From contig JAQGDQ010000064.1 of assembly GCA_030141605.1 (NCBI GenBank), forward strand, positions 171,618 to 235,617: DNA of 64,000 bases, in the 5' to 3' direction. The position numbers were made by a program, and so were the translations under genes. The notes under the pieces were generated by a model. That model made no database searches. It saw only the letters and a list, made by a program, of their open reading frames with translations, and was not told the origin of the DNA. This document shows, in pieces, positions 24,341 to 37,516 of this stretch. Source of the stretch: Tubiluchus corallicola (Eukaryota; Animalia; Priapulida). Within the stretch, counting starts at the first letter, position 1; every line of letters begins with the position of its first letter.

Positions 24341-25082
24341 TCGGGTGGCGCAAAAAAATGTGCCTAGGTATCGACAACAATAATATTAGAACCAAGTCCC
24401 TACAAAGTTGAAATTTTACAGCCTGATACCAGGATACATTAGCTTTTAGCTGTGAAGGTTACAAGTTTATAATTTCAGTAGTTTTAAGTTAAAGTCAAAA
24501 CACTTCTGCATGTTAAAAAAAGAAATGCCGGAACAATGTCAGCTATGATCAGCAATTGAAAAACAGCCGCGAGGGACTCATTACATGACAACGAAACAAT
24601 AAAAAATCTAGCAGTTTTTATCATGGTCTTCACCACAGAAAATAAAGCACTGATAAGACTTCTTGCCAAGAAAAATGAGACTTAATATTCTGGATTGCGA
24701 TATCTGGAATTCCCTAAGAGAAAGTGTACGTAAGGCAAAAATTATTGAGTGCTGGGACCAAATGATTCTTAAAGAACTGAAAAACTGTGTCAGCTTTGGA
24801 AGAAACGCCCTTGTTCTGATTTTCATTGGGACACATAGTAGATACATAGAGCACTTGCTGTAAATTTTAACAATAGTGGCACAATTTTTTTCGGCATTAA
24901 TTTTGACTCGTTGATTTTAAACTTTAGTATCTTTGAACAAATCTAAGATAACGACCTAAAATTATTGGTACTTACACATCAGTAATCGCCTGTAGCACCA
25001 ATGTAATAATTTTCAAACGATTCTGTTATTTTCTACTAATAATATTGTGATCCAAATTTAGGCGAATTTTTGTGCCACGTGG
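24341..25082 (+). mobile_element. Internally deleted Tc1/mariner DNA transposon
   Basis: TA on both flanks (24339-40, 25083-84). TIRs tcgggtggcgcaaaaaaatgtgccta versus reverse complement ccacgtggcacaaaaattcgccta. Internal ORF 24663..24863 (LNILDCDIWNSLRESV...IIECWDQM...IEHLL*) matches the Tc1/mariner transposase C-terminus (DLNPLD..iW..L...V...GGHIEHLL). Confidence 0.85.
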
Positions 25083-27699
25083 TATGCTACAAAACTATGC
25101 GAATGGCATAGAAAGCTGTATCACAACATTTTTTAGCAAATGAGGGTTAAGCACTCAAAATATCTATGCTTCGAAGATTTGGACTTGGTCCCGAGGACCT
25201 TCTTGTGCCAACAATGTTCGGACAATTTTATTCAAGACAATTGTAATAATAGCCATTAGTTATATTATTGAAAGTAATCAACTGCTGTAATGTGCTGTCA
25301 GTAAACTATCTCTTGTGTGATTGAAATTTCCAGGTGCGGCAGCTGCTGCACTCATCATCCATAAAAAAACTGAAACCGATTTCAGCCGACGGTGATTTTG
25401 TATCTGCCATACAGCATTTTGATAAACTTGCAGGGCCGATAGGGTTGTCATGTCAATATTTTCTATAAAAAGGACTGAAGAGAAGAGTGTTAATTATAGA
25501 ACGACAAGAAAATATGTTTACATTATTTTTCTGGCTTAAAGTTTATAATGCGAAATATTTGCTCTGACCTGACAAAGAGCTGTTATATTTAAGTTCAGGA
25601 AAACTATGCCTATTTAATCCGCGTGCAGCGCAGATTTTAGACTGAACTCAACGTTAAGCATTCAATTTAGGTGTGTAGTTTTTTGAGTTTTGTTAATCAT
25701 CGGGTCACCCACTTAAGTAAACTGTGACTTGCAGGATCAAGTGATAAACTCTGTCATGCGCACAGATTTGAGACTGAATTCACGTCATTGTTCGAAAGAT
25801 TTTCACACTGTCCAATAATGGCTATTTGACTATCCATAAGTCTTAATTTTCAATCTGCATTCCCAATCTCCCTTGCAAATAAAAACCTTATGTTTTGTGC
25901 AAACAGATGCTTTAAAAAATGAACTATAGTATACTACACTGACAATAATGCAAACGTTGAACAGCTTAGTGTTATGAATGGACTTTCGCAAATGTCGTGA
26001 GATTATGTATATAATTGGAATCAAAGTAGAAAATAATGGGAAACTTGATGCAATAAAAGCAACTGTGCTCTCTAATTAGAGCAATTGGCAATGTTTACGA
26101 GTTTCAGTTTCATTGCCACAGCTTGCCAGGTGCTCTTATTCCGAGAATTTATTGAGATTAATGACAATCGATCAATTCAGCTTTTTAGTTCTATTGCAAC
26201 TGACTGTACCATTGTGTGTATGTGTGTGGTTGTAGGGATGGTAGTAACATCGTTAGTCGTTCTAATGATTTGTACAAGCAGTGAGGAAAGGAATTTAAAA
26301 AGCAGAATTATAATTGTTTTGCATGCGTGTGTAGCTTGTATATGTTTTAGCCACAAAATTATTGCTGTTATTCTTCACCAACTAAAAAAATCAGCTGTTC
26401 TGCTCAGCAGCGAAAGAACTAAACACCCAGAAAAGAAAGCCAATCTTTCTCTCCTTACGAATATTCAATTTATTTTATTATAAACGAACTTTAAAACTTG
26501 TTTCTTTTGATTTTTATCACTTCATTGTTAGCGATGTTATTTGAATAACCGCTATTTTTCGTTGCGCGAGACTAATGACGTAATGAGAGCAGCCAGCAAA
26601 GATTGGTAAACAAACATTGGTAAGCAAAGATGCTTTCTGCACCTCGTACATGGTTCTCGCTCACTCGCGCCAAAGACGCGACAAAGTTCGAAATTCGCCA
26701 GAAAAAGGTAAGCTATTTAATTTATAAGTCTTTTTTGTTTAATAATGACTATGAATTCTTTGTGTAATCATAATAATGCGTTAAAAAACTTCAATGTCTG
26801 TTAAGGTTATACATGTATAAACCTTTAAATGAAGAAATCGAAGAGATCTTCAGAACATTACTACGTCGATTACGTAGATAACAATAAAAACAGTATGATC
26901 ACGAGATCATCACTGAAAAAGTAAAAGTTTGACATTTTAAGTTATCCATTTATATAGTTAAATAAATAAAGTAAGGCTACTGAGCTTAACATGGCTAAAA
27001 ATGCGCGCAAAAAATTAAGCTTAGGACATTTGCTATGATTTCAAACGCCATTAACTTACCAACCAATATAGGATGCGTGATCTTCTTCTATACTTACATA
27101 CTCAAATATACCATTAGCCAACTTGACATTTTATGTATTAGCTAATATAGCGACCAATGAGTGTCAAACCGCCACTTGTTATCAACATAGGTTCCCAAGC
27201 AATTTTCTATTCATTCTGGTTGGTAATATACACAGGCGGTAGCAGCGATCAGTCACAATTTCCTAGAGGGCGCATGTGGGCGTACCGCGATGGCGTGCTT
27301 AGATATTGGGATTCCTTGTATCCCATTTTAGCATCTAGTAAAACTGCTGTTAACAGATCACAGTCTTGAAGCCATTTTACACAAATTGTGTCAATAATTT
27401 AAATGACGAAGCTGATAATTTAGTGGTCATTGTGTATGCTCAGCGATCGAATTTAACAATATCTAGCCTAGTATCTAGGTGATGACCAAGTAAACTACTT
27501 TTGAGTGTTTACTTGCCGTATCAAATCCATAGCTATCTGGGAACGTCTGCAGGTTTAGTGTCACATTTTGTAGGAATACCCTTGTTAAGTACCTAGATTA
27601 AAGTCTTGCCATAACATTCTACATTAAGTACCTGCCACATTTGGGCCTTTTTCTTTAAGTAAACCTTCCTCACTGTTGCTAATAGCTCGACTTGCAGAT

Positions 27700-27945
27700 G
27701 ACGGTGATGTTGATGATGATTTCGATTTTCACGAATATAACGATTGTGACGATGATAACGATTGTGACAGTTGTGACAATGATGATGATGATGATAATAA
27801 TGATGACGACAATGATGATGGCGATAATGATGACGACGACGATGATGATGATGGTGGTGGTGGTGGTGGTGGTGGTGGTGGTGGTGGTGGTGGTGGTGGC
27901 GGCGATGATAATGGTGGTAGTGGTGGTGGTGATTGTGATGATGAT
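27700..27945. repeat. Compound (GAT/GAC)n(GGT)n microsatellite
   Basis: Direct inspection; produces poly-D/G, poly-V/M and poly-H ORFs in different frames. Confidence 0.92.
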
Positions 27946-30267
27946 AAATCTTTAAAGTCTTAGTATGAAAAATATACATGCAGTACCTTTATTGCTCAGA
28001 AGGCTGAAGTGTGATGAAAAATAGGCGACCTGTTATCTTATTTTGGTTACAGATTTTCATCTGCATCCCTTCCCGTGCTTCCCATTTAGTTTGTGCCTCT
28101 CCCAACATTTTTTTCAGTCCTTCGGGAACAATGACGAACCGAGTGCCAAATGTCAATACTCGTATATGATAATTTTCAACAAAACAAATTTTCATTCGTT
28201 TCACGATTTCGCTTAGGAAATGGGTCATATGCAAACACAGTACTGTTGACGAGAGACAGAGACAGATTCATATTGATTCTCTAGCAGATAGACAAATACG
28301 GAAAAGAGAGAATTTGACGCCTTTTATCTCACTTTGAGTCGATTTGTCGTGTTTTAAGGCGATTTGGAACATTTTATTCTCATACTGCTGAGATATTTAC
28401 ATTGCATAGATGAATTTAATGTACTAAGTGAGGAGTATTCTAAATGAATGGGCGCAATTCCGTTGTTGTTGTACAAGTAAACGTTAAGTCTAGTAACAGA
28501 CTTCCCTGATTACAGTACCATTAGAAATTTAGTCGCAGACGTCTGTCTGTGTATCTACCCGTCGCATTGTTCAGTTATGAAAGTGAGCAAACAAAAATAC
28601 GGAACTCTATCTTGCTTAAGATGTGCAGTTTATGTACAAAAGGTTTGAGAGTTGCAGATTCTGATAAGAACAGGGGTGAATACCATAAAAGTCAAATTAC
28701 GATTACAGTGTAATGTTGCTAATAAACTTAAATAAATGCAGTAATAACTTCGAGAAGAGCAAATTGAACTGTGGCATTAAACTGACAACGAATCTTTCCT
28801 TTTTTCAGCTTTAGTTTAGTCTCAAGTGCCTCTCGCGTTTTTAGGAATTAGTCTTTTTGAACAGTTTACAAAAACTGGCACCTTAGTTTACAAGATATTA
28901 ACAATTGATTAAATAAAACTCCAAGAAATCGTTATTATGTATACAATTAATTATACGGTTCCTTATTAAAGAGGCGTATTATTAAATCTGGTAATACAAT
29001 AATTAGAATTGTCTTGGCTCTAACTAGTTAGTATGCAGTGATGCTTTCGCTAGTAATAAGACGCCAACAGTCACAATGGCCTGTCCACTCCAAACAAAAG
29101 TTGTGTTGTCGTACAGGATTGTTCAACAAAGGCACGGAAACTTTACTTCCACACAGCCATTGCTAAATGCAAGCCATTGCCATGACTAGTTACTTTCTAC
29201 GTCTGACAATCATCTGTATTTTCTGAACACTCCTCTCTGTCAGAGGCTTACTGAAAACCAATGTGTAACAGTGACAGCAAGATGTAACAATGAACACGGG
29301 TAAAGACAACACAGAAATTTGGTCAGTCAAAGCCGGATGTGGTCATAAATCCACGACTGAATGTGTTTGAAATGTTGCTTTAAGCCCAAGTCCACCAAGC
29401 ACTCACTGCCTCGTTTCCCAATTTTTTCTGAACTGTGTATGGAATTGTGAATGCAGTACGTTTTGAGACCAAGAGCAGGGAGATCCTGCCATGAAAGTTT
29501 GATGCTGATTAATATACACATCATTTTGGTGTAGATATCTGGCAACGTTTCGCTTTTCAGTCAGTTAGCTGCCTTTTTGGCTCTATGTTAATACAATGTA
29601 TAAAAGTGGGTAAATTGGTTTTACTAACGCATGTAAGAAAAGCCTTCAGCGAAAAGATGTGCATTGAAATCCGCATTAAGAGGGTTTATGTAGTAAAGAA
29701 TAAGTACTGGTCCTTATTGTACATCGCAGGTTTTACATTTTACGTGTACGTTCTGTGTGCTCTAGATAAACTTTGCATATATTCAGCAAATATTCAGCTT
29801 TGGTCATTTTGGATACTTTCAGCAGGCAAAAACCAAAACGTGCGACGAAAGTCTAGTCTTTACGTCCCTTTCACTATGCCCTAACTCTCTGGACGGTGTG
29901 TTTAAGCAACGGATGCGTTATCTGGAGAGTGAAACCTCCGCACATACACCTTTTGACGATTAGTAAACAAAACGCATGGAAAGGAATCAAACAACCTCAG
30001 ATTTACCAGATCAGGCTGAATCGAATTAAAATCTACAGCATTCGCCTAGTAATTTGCCCTGACGTGCGCAAGTTGTAATTGGACATATTGAATTGGAGAT
30101 AAAGAGTGGGAGAGATAACTACTACATTGAACTTTTGTAAACGATTTCGCTTGAATATAATAAATTACCATGCAAATAATATTTTTATGTGTACATAAAA
30201 TGATGACACACTTAAACATTGCAATTTCGCCATTCGGTGATTGAATTTACTGACTCAGTTGTAGGCG

Positions 30268-30545
30268 ACTCATGAACTACGCATGCATACGATCAAAATA
30301 AAAGTCAGTTGCCAATAAAATGTAACTTTAAGAAAATACAACTCAATGAAACATGAGAAAGAAACTGTAATCTCGGATATTTCTATTTTGCTGCATAGTT
30401 AAAAAGGCATAAGCTCTACAGCAAAATAAAAAGATGTATGATTATAGCTTTTTTCGCTTTACTATTTCAAATTTATTTCTTTTCAAGTTGCATTTTACTG
30501 CCTACTGGAATTTAGTTTGATTATATGCATGCGTTTATTATGAGT
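30268..30545. mobile_element. Long imperfect palindrome (hairpin MITE remnant)
   Basis: Nested inverted blocks actcat..acgcatgcata / tatgcatgcgt..atgagt; taaaatgtaactt / aagttgcatttta; tattttgctg / cagcaaaata around a short central loop near 30400-30410. Confidence 0.8.
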
Positions 30546-33329
30546 TTTGCATGCGCATGTGAATTATTTACATTTCATTATTTTATTATTTTTAAATTGA
30601 CTTACGTACGTAAAATGATGACGCGCGTATGTATACTCCTTGTGCACGTACTTACTTATATGTTCATGTATATATTCATATAAACAAATTTGCGAAGTCA
30701 GAAGAAATCTAATTGTTGCCAATGTGTAGTTGAGATCACAAAAGGACTACTTGGCATCGTAACAACATTACATTTCAAAAACTCTATATAAGTGATGCTA
30801 TAAACAGCCAAAGTTACAAAATATCATACATTTTGTGTTCTGAAATAAAGTTTCTTCAGTTTTATTAATTTTTAATGTACCTTACGTAAGATGTTTCACT
30901 GTGTCAGGAAATGTGCCAGGATGTCCAAAAATCGCTTCTTTCAATATTCTTCTTCTGTCAGCCCAGTTATAATACTTGACATTGAATTATTAGTTAATAT
31001 TTGTCGAGTAGAATAACTTATGCTTGGATTTACCAACGAAACGAAAATATTTGAAGTTATTTATTATGCCTACGTTCTCATTTTAAAGAACAAGGTTTTT
31101 AAATGATAATATTTGTAGTATAATACTTTACTACTAGTCTACTTACTAGTTTGCTACTAATGTAATGATATATAAGTGGTAAACGTTGAGTCAAGTAGCT
31201 GTTCTGTCTATTGGTTCTGTTACATTTACCACATTTTTTCACACTTTGTATTGATATCAAATTTTCAGCATCTCATTTATCTGGCTTTTCTGAGTTACAC
31301 ATTGAAAGCCCCTCCTGACGTCAAATTAGGTTATTCTTCATATTCATAACAATGTAATTCCTCGGTTCGGAAGGTCTGATCAAGGTTGAGCAAACAATAA
31401 TGGAATTTCCTCACAATAGACTAAAAGCCGATCGCTGCTGTCATTGAATAATCAATTAAGGCTAAATCTCTTTTCTGAGTTTAATTAACCGTTTAATAGC
31501 CAGTCGGGGGAAACGTTTGGAGAGAAGCTTGTGCAGAGTAACTGAAAAATCTTTAAATGATTGCCAGCAAAATGGTGATAAAGCCGAGGAGAGTTTTCAG
31601 TGGTTTTTGACTATACTGATGCCTCTTTGAGACACCAGCTAGTGTTGTCAGATGAAACCGACCATCTTGATATTAAAACGAATATGAAATTGTCCCAAAC
31701 AAGGCAAATTGCCACTCATGGTAAAGTAAAAATATGAAGGCTTAAACCCATGTCACAAGTTAAAATTCACACATTTAATTCGTTAATGACACCAAGGCGT
31801 TTGATAGTATTCTTTTTGAATCAAGTGAGCTTGTGGTTTTGAGGGAGACCGTTTTCTGGAGACAATTTCGCAGTTAAGAGGCTTGTGGAATAAAACTAAA
31901 TTATTAAACTAGATCTAATACACTTTTTAAACATTGACTCCTTGAGCTTAAAGGGGCTCCATCTCATAATGCTTCGTCTTCCTTGTCGATAGATCTCGCA
32001 GAGTTATCCTAAAAGTTAGTATCAAAGTAACAAAGGCTAATTTACATTTAAGTGTGAAACTTTGTTACTGAAAAGCGGAAAAAAGCTTTCGGTTTCTGTT
32101 TTGGCGTGTTTCAAACAAGAGTCGTATTGTTGGCTTTAAAAAAATTAAGTAACAAATTGAAATACCCAAAGCGCGCGAATCAGCAAATGGTTAGTGTCCT
32201 ACTTAAATTGTGATGAAATGTATTTTATCATTCGCATTCCATTTTATCATTCTATTCCATTCCAGTGATGCTGCCCAAGTGTCTGTCAAAGTTGTCGTTA
32301 GTTATCTCCCTTGGACGTTTAATAGACGAGACTTTTTCTTGTGCAACTATTTTTCTTAATTGATTGACGTTTGTAATCTAACTCTATAAATGCGACGACT
32401 CTATGCAAAATTTAATCATTTCATGCGACGAACTTTTTTTAACAGATTGCGTTTTAAAATGCTGCTGCTTGTTCCATTAGAAAATGAATCCTGTAAAAGG
32501 CACCAATGTATTCATTACTGTTGTTGAGCGGAGTACCTAATTAGTAATAACCAACGAAAGCGAATGACCAATTGGTTATTTGTTAAATTGATGGCGAGCA
32601 ACTTGCAAACTAAAATGCTATTTAATTTGTGCTAAAACTGCGTTAACAGTGGATTTCGAAATGCCTGTTTAACGTTACATCGAAAATATCAAATCACTGT
32701 AGGAAAATAGCACTTCACAAAAATAATACTCTGAACAGTTGTAAGACTTTTTATAGAGTTAGATCATTGTGCAAACGGCGCAGTATAGTAAGAATGCTTG
32801 AAACGTAACTCGCGTTCAGCCCAAAAGGTGGCAGCAGCGGATCATTCAAGTAAAAAGAAGCCAAATCGTTGACAAGCGCCCATGTGTTGAAACCTTGTGA
32901 GCACTTAAGTTTTTTTAGCAGTTTTAACGCTCGGTTTGGTGCCCGAATAACTTTTAAATCGATTCTAGTTATTTTACATGATAACATGCTAGTTGTTGTT
33001 ACAAAGCCCCGTTTCAGTATTGAAGATTTCTATCGCTAGGTGTCTCAGTCTGTCGGGCAATGTGCTTCTTTGAAGTTGAAGTCGATGTTCTCAATTTTGT
33101 TAAAATACAGAGCAAACGTAAAAATAAATCTAAGGCTTTCTAATGAAATTAATACATTTCAGAACAGCGTAATACAAACAGTCAGGCACGTTTATCCTAA
33201 TTATAATAATCGCATATGGCAATATCTGAAAACTCTATTCAGAAGGCCCATGTCTTACTGTAAATAATAAGATTGAAGTCAGTAATACTCAGTTGACTAT
33301 AAAAATTATAATCTGCATCAACGCCCTCG

Positions 33330-33432
33330 TTATCATCATCTTCATCATCATTATCATCTTCATCATTATCATCTTCATCATCAACAACAACAACAACACC
33401 AAGAAACCGCCACCATCATCATAATCGTCGCA
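33330..33432. repeat. (CAT/CAA)n degenerate microsatellite
   Basis: Direct inspection. Confidence 0.9.
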
Positions 33433-33915
33433 TGTAATTTGTTTCAGCGATGTTGCAGTAGTTGGTTTATGCTTAGAATTTCCGAGATGAAGATTGTTTT
33501 CAAGCTCAGTAGAAAAGCCGTTGCTATGAATGTGAAACCTATTGCCATGGAAACAGCGTTACTACAATAATTATTATGCCGAAAATAGCTCATCTGTTGC
33601 AAATCATAGCGTAAGCTAAGATGAGCGCACATTGATATTCTTTTTAAAGAGTCTTCACCGGTGATAATTTAAAAACACAGTATGTTAAACTGCTGAGTTG
33701 GCGGGTTGGTTGGTTCCTGTCTGCTTTTTTTGATACACTGTTGGCTTATTGAATTATTTATTTATTACGAATTAGTAATTTCGTCAACCCATTCGGCACT
33801 AAATTTAGTTTTTTCAGTTTTCTTTTCAATTTACGTGCATCTACACTGTATTTAACGTAAGGTGCATAAATGTGGTTTAATTTTATTATTATAGGAAAGA
33901 GGAAAGAAAAAACAA

Positions 33916-34112
33916 TTGTGCTAGCTGAATTTACAAATTTTGATAACTACATATTCTCCTTTGCTCATCCATAAAAGTAATACCCAGAATCAGCGTATGG
34001 GATTTAACAAGGAAGGTGTCCGAAACTTACTGCACTATTTTGCTTTTGTCGGACTTTTGTATGTGCAAAGGAGAATCTGTAATTATCAAATTTTTAAATT
34101 CAGTTAGCACAA
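33916..34112. mobile_element. MITE with ~60-bp inverted arms
   Basis: 33916-33978 ttgtgctagctgaatttacaaattttgataactacatattctcctttgctcatccataaaagt versus reverse complement of 34053-34112 ttgtgctaactgaatttaaaaatttgataattacagattctcctttgcacatacaaaagt. Confidence 0.85.
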
Positions 34113-35455
34113 AGGTTATGAATAATGCTGTTTAGATTTAGGGAGGGTAAATTGCCTAGAGAATTGTAAAGTCCTTCCCTCAAACGTTACCACAACTTTT
34201 ATACCTTGGTAATTATATTGTTTTTAGTTTTGCGTGTGTAATAAATGATTATAGTTTTACAACGAATTTACCTGTAAAGGGTGAGTAGCCAAGTTGCCGT
34301 ATTTGCTGTGCTTTAACCGTCCAGTTCCCATATATAACTGTCGCACACAAAAATCCATTAACCCGCTTTTCAGTTTAAAACTGCGGTTCTATTAATGGAC
34401 CTCTGTCAAACCTTGCACGTCTACAAAGAAAAGCTTTTATGTTTTTTGTTATACTTCGTGGAGACAATCGCTTTAACTTTCAGTGAAATTTCGCAAGAAA
34501 TGACGTTCCTTCGTGTAAACGTTGAGACAAAATGGAATAATACGCAGGATCTTCTGCTTTGTCTTTAATTGTATTAATTCTGTTTTATCTTTGAAGTTTG
34601 TTCAACAAAATTTTTGGTTCGAAACTAGTAGGATTCTGGTTAATTAAAAGATTTCAATGTTTTATGCAGTTATTAATAGGTTCACATACTTATCGTGTCT
34701 GAAATATAAATAATTAAATTGCTAAAACTAGACATGTTAATTGTCTCACAATCCACAGCTGTTAATTTAGTCGCGTTTGTGTTTGTAGTAAAAACACGTT
34801 ACTCAGGATCATATTGCTGTATTGCACAATAGGTGTATCAGTCAGGTAGGGAACACTTGTAAGATACAAAAAAAGAAACAAGTATTAATGTTTATTAATT
34901 TGAAAATTATTTTATCTTTTAACTACTAACATGATTTTATTATATCGCATGATAAATGTGTATCATATGAATCTCTCACAAGCCGCTATTAACACCGCTT
35001 AGGTAGCCAAATAAATAGTAATATTTTATAAATAGTGGTGGCTGCTATGTTATCTTTCGCCGCCCCGTCTCAACACAATTGTAGTGAATTGTGAGTAAAT
35101 ATTGTAAAGTTAATTAAAAAGGGCAATTAGACTAAATCTACTTCAGCACAAATATTTACGAGAAAAGAATAATTGATAGTCACGGTGAATCTAACTTTTT
35201 TAAACAGTTACGCTCGTTTAGTGTCAATACAATAGGCACTACAAGAGAGACGTTTGCATCAATACATTGCAAATCTCAATACAATTCAGTTGCTTTGACT
35301 AGCTGAGCTCAGCAAACTTTTCTTAAGTCGGCTTATTTATTTAATAAACGCGAGCATGTTCGGCCTTTATGGCTACCTCCTCAACAATGTTCTTTTTATT
35401 AATGTAAATGTTAATTGACGAGTTGTATCGTTTGAAGATCGAAATAAAAAATGGT

Positions 35456-35542
35456 AATGAATGAATGAATGAACGAACGAACGAATAAATGGGTGAATGA
35501 ATGAATGAATCAGTAAACGAATGAATGAATGAGCGAATGAAT
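35456..35542. repeat. (TGAA/CGAA)n tetranucleotide microsatellite
   Basis: Direct inspection. Confidence 0.9.
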
Positions 35543-37442
35543 ATTTGATTATAGTAACCTGGAATCAATTATTATTATTGATTTGATTAACCTATGATGA
35601 TTCAGATTTGTGTAATTTTAGTAAATACAATTTTTGCAAAGCAAACATGACAGTCCAGGCTGTATCTAGGTAGGAAATCAACAAAATACGACATGCAGCT
35701 ATTCAGTGTGACTTGTGACAAATTAAAAACCTAATCGTTGAAACAGCATTCAATTCTTTTTTATGATCAAGCTATGCCCTCACTTATACTAATAGTAAAC
35801 CGCTCAGACTATATTTTCAAGGATTAATTTTGTTAAATTTATTTCACTCTTTCTAAAAATTTCGTTACGCTAGTACAGTTTAGCTTAATTTTTTCGTTTG
35901 TTGTACGTTTATTAATTATTTTGATAATTAATTTCATTCATTAACTTTACAATTTAAGCTTAAAATTATAGGGCACACCAAATTTACATGACAAGCAAAT
36001 ACGAGATAAAACTAACTTGATATAAAATGGCAAACGTTGTAGACAAATACAGAGCAGTAACTAGAAGATATGTGGCAAGATGGTGTATAGCTTACTACTG
36101 AATTAAGTGCCAAATACGTGTGGTCAACAGCTTATTGAAAATGAGGAAAGAAACAAGAAAAGAAGATAACAAAAATGAATAAATGATGAATGGCGGAGGT
36201 GTAGGTGGCTGGCCGTTTGATCAACGTGGCAGTTTTCGTATTGCGAGATTTATGTACTGCGCTAAGTTTCGATTTCACCAGAAAGGTGTCTGAATGATAC
36301 GTCATTAACACGTGAATCGTTTTTTAACTCAGGAGAAGAACTTGTCGCAGAGCAATCCCGCTTTTTGATCAATAATTTAGTTTGCGGGTACAGCAGCATA
36401 CGTGGCGACACACTACTGCAGCGGTACAGACGTGTGATAGGTGAGGAAGATTGTTCTAGAACAGTGACGCTGACGCTGAGTCTTGTGTATTATGACGTTG
36501 TGAAATATTCTCTAAGTAATCAAAGTATGCGCTTGAGTGCAAAATTCTTTTTTATTGGTGATAAATTATTATTTGTGATATTATCATATGTAAAAATTGA
36601 AAAATTGCGCGCAGTGATGTGGCAGATTTATAATACCGTATCTATAATTTTTTTGCAGTGAAAATTGTTTAAGAACACTTAAATATAAAATAAAAGTTGT
36701 GTAGCAGTATCCCTTTTGGATTCCAATCTGATGTAAATTAATTGGCAAGCAGCATGTTTAAACTCAGAATGAAAAATCCAGACGAACAAAAAGCAAAAGC
36801 AATAAGTAGTAATAAATAAATAAATACAAAGTAATAAATAATTAGCCGAAGTAGATTTTTGAAACCAACAAAACAGAAATTATTGATAATAAAAACGAGA
36901 AAGAATTAGTAAACTAGAAAGAACTAGTAAGTTTTAATAACAAATAGTAATATAAAATAGTAGCAAGCAAAATAAAATGCCTAGAATAAATGTATAAAGG
37001 AGTAAAGTTTTAGTACGTGTTCAGCTAACGTAAAGAATAATTAATCGGTGTTTTAATACGTATAAACAAAATGTGAACCAGGAAAATATTTAAAGCAAAT
37101 CATGTTTAAAGATAATTTTAGCAACAGTAAAAAAACAGAAATGCAACACATTAAGGTTTCAGAAAAACACTTCAAATGCAGCGAAATGATAAGACAAAGC
37201 ACAGGCAGGGCTTACTAACAAGTTTGCAACTAAAAAATCACGAGTGGTAGTTTGGGGACGGTTTTTAGTTCTGGATTTGGGGAAATTCCTATTAAATAAT
37301 ATAAATGTTTGAAAAAAGAATACAAATTTCTGCCCAAAGAGAATTGATGCTTTTTCCTTATTTTCTGTTCTGGTCACAGTTCAGAGTTCGGTATTGTTTG
37401 GAATTTAACGGACAGGCTTAATCAGTTTTTAACAAAAATTAA

Positions 37443-37516
37443 GAAGCTATTTACACGATTCATTTTTGACGCATGAGTCAGACGCATGCATCAAAAATGC
37501 ACCGTGTAAATAGGCC
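37443..37516. mobile_element. Tiny palindromic MITE (PIF/Harbinger-like end), 29-bp stem
   Basis: ctatttacacgattcatttttgacgcatg versus reverse complement ctatttacacggtgcatttttgatgcatg (26/29); right end ...gtgtaaataggcc followed by tta. Confidence 0.7.

Noticed and set aside
11513-25150. Large piggyBac element between TTAA-CCC (11513) and GGG-TTAA (25143-25150)
   Set aside because: The ends match for only a few bases and no transposase lies between them; likely unrelated solo ends or chance.
27593-27979. His-rich, Asp/Gly-rich and Val/Met-rich ORFs
   Set aside because: All arise from one (GAT)/(GGT) microsatellite that is open in several frames; no splice or domain support.
32759-32782. bantam-like sequence ttagatcattgtgcaaac
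   Set aside because: Seed mismatch and no complementary 5' arm upstream.
36072-36130. miR-31-like sequence tggcaagatggtgtatagct
   Set aside because: Shares the seed and 3' end with miR-31, but the downstream arm does not pair into a proper precursor hairpin.
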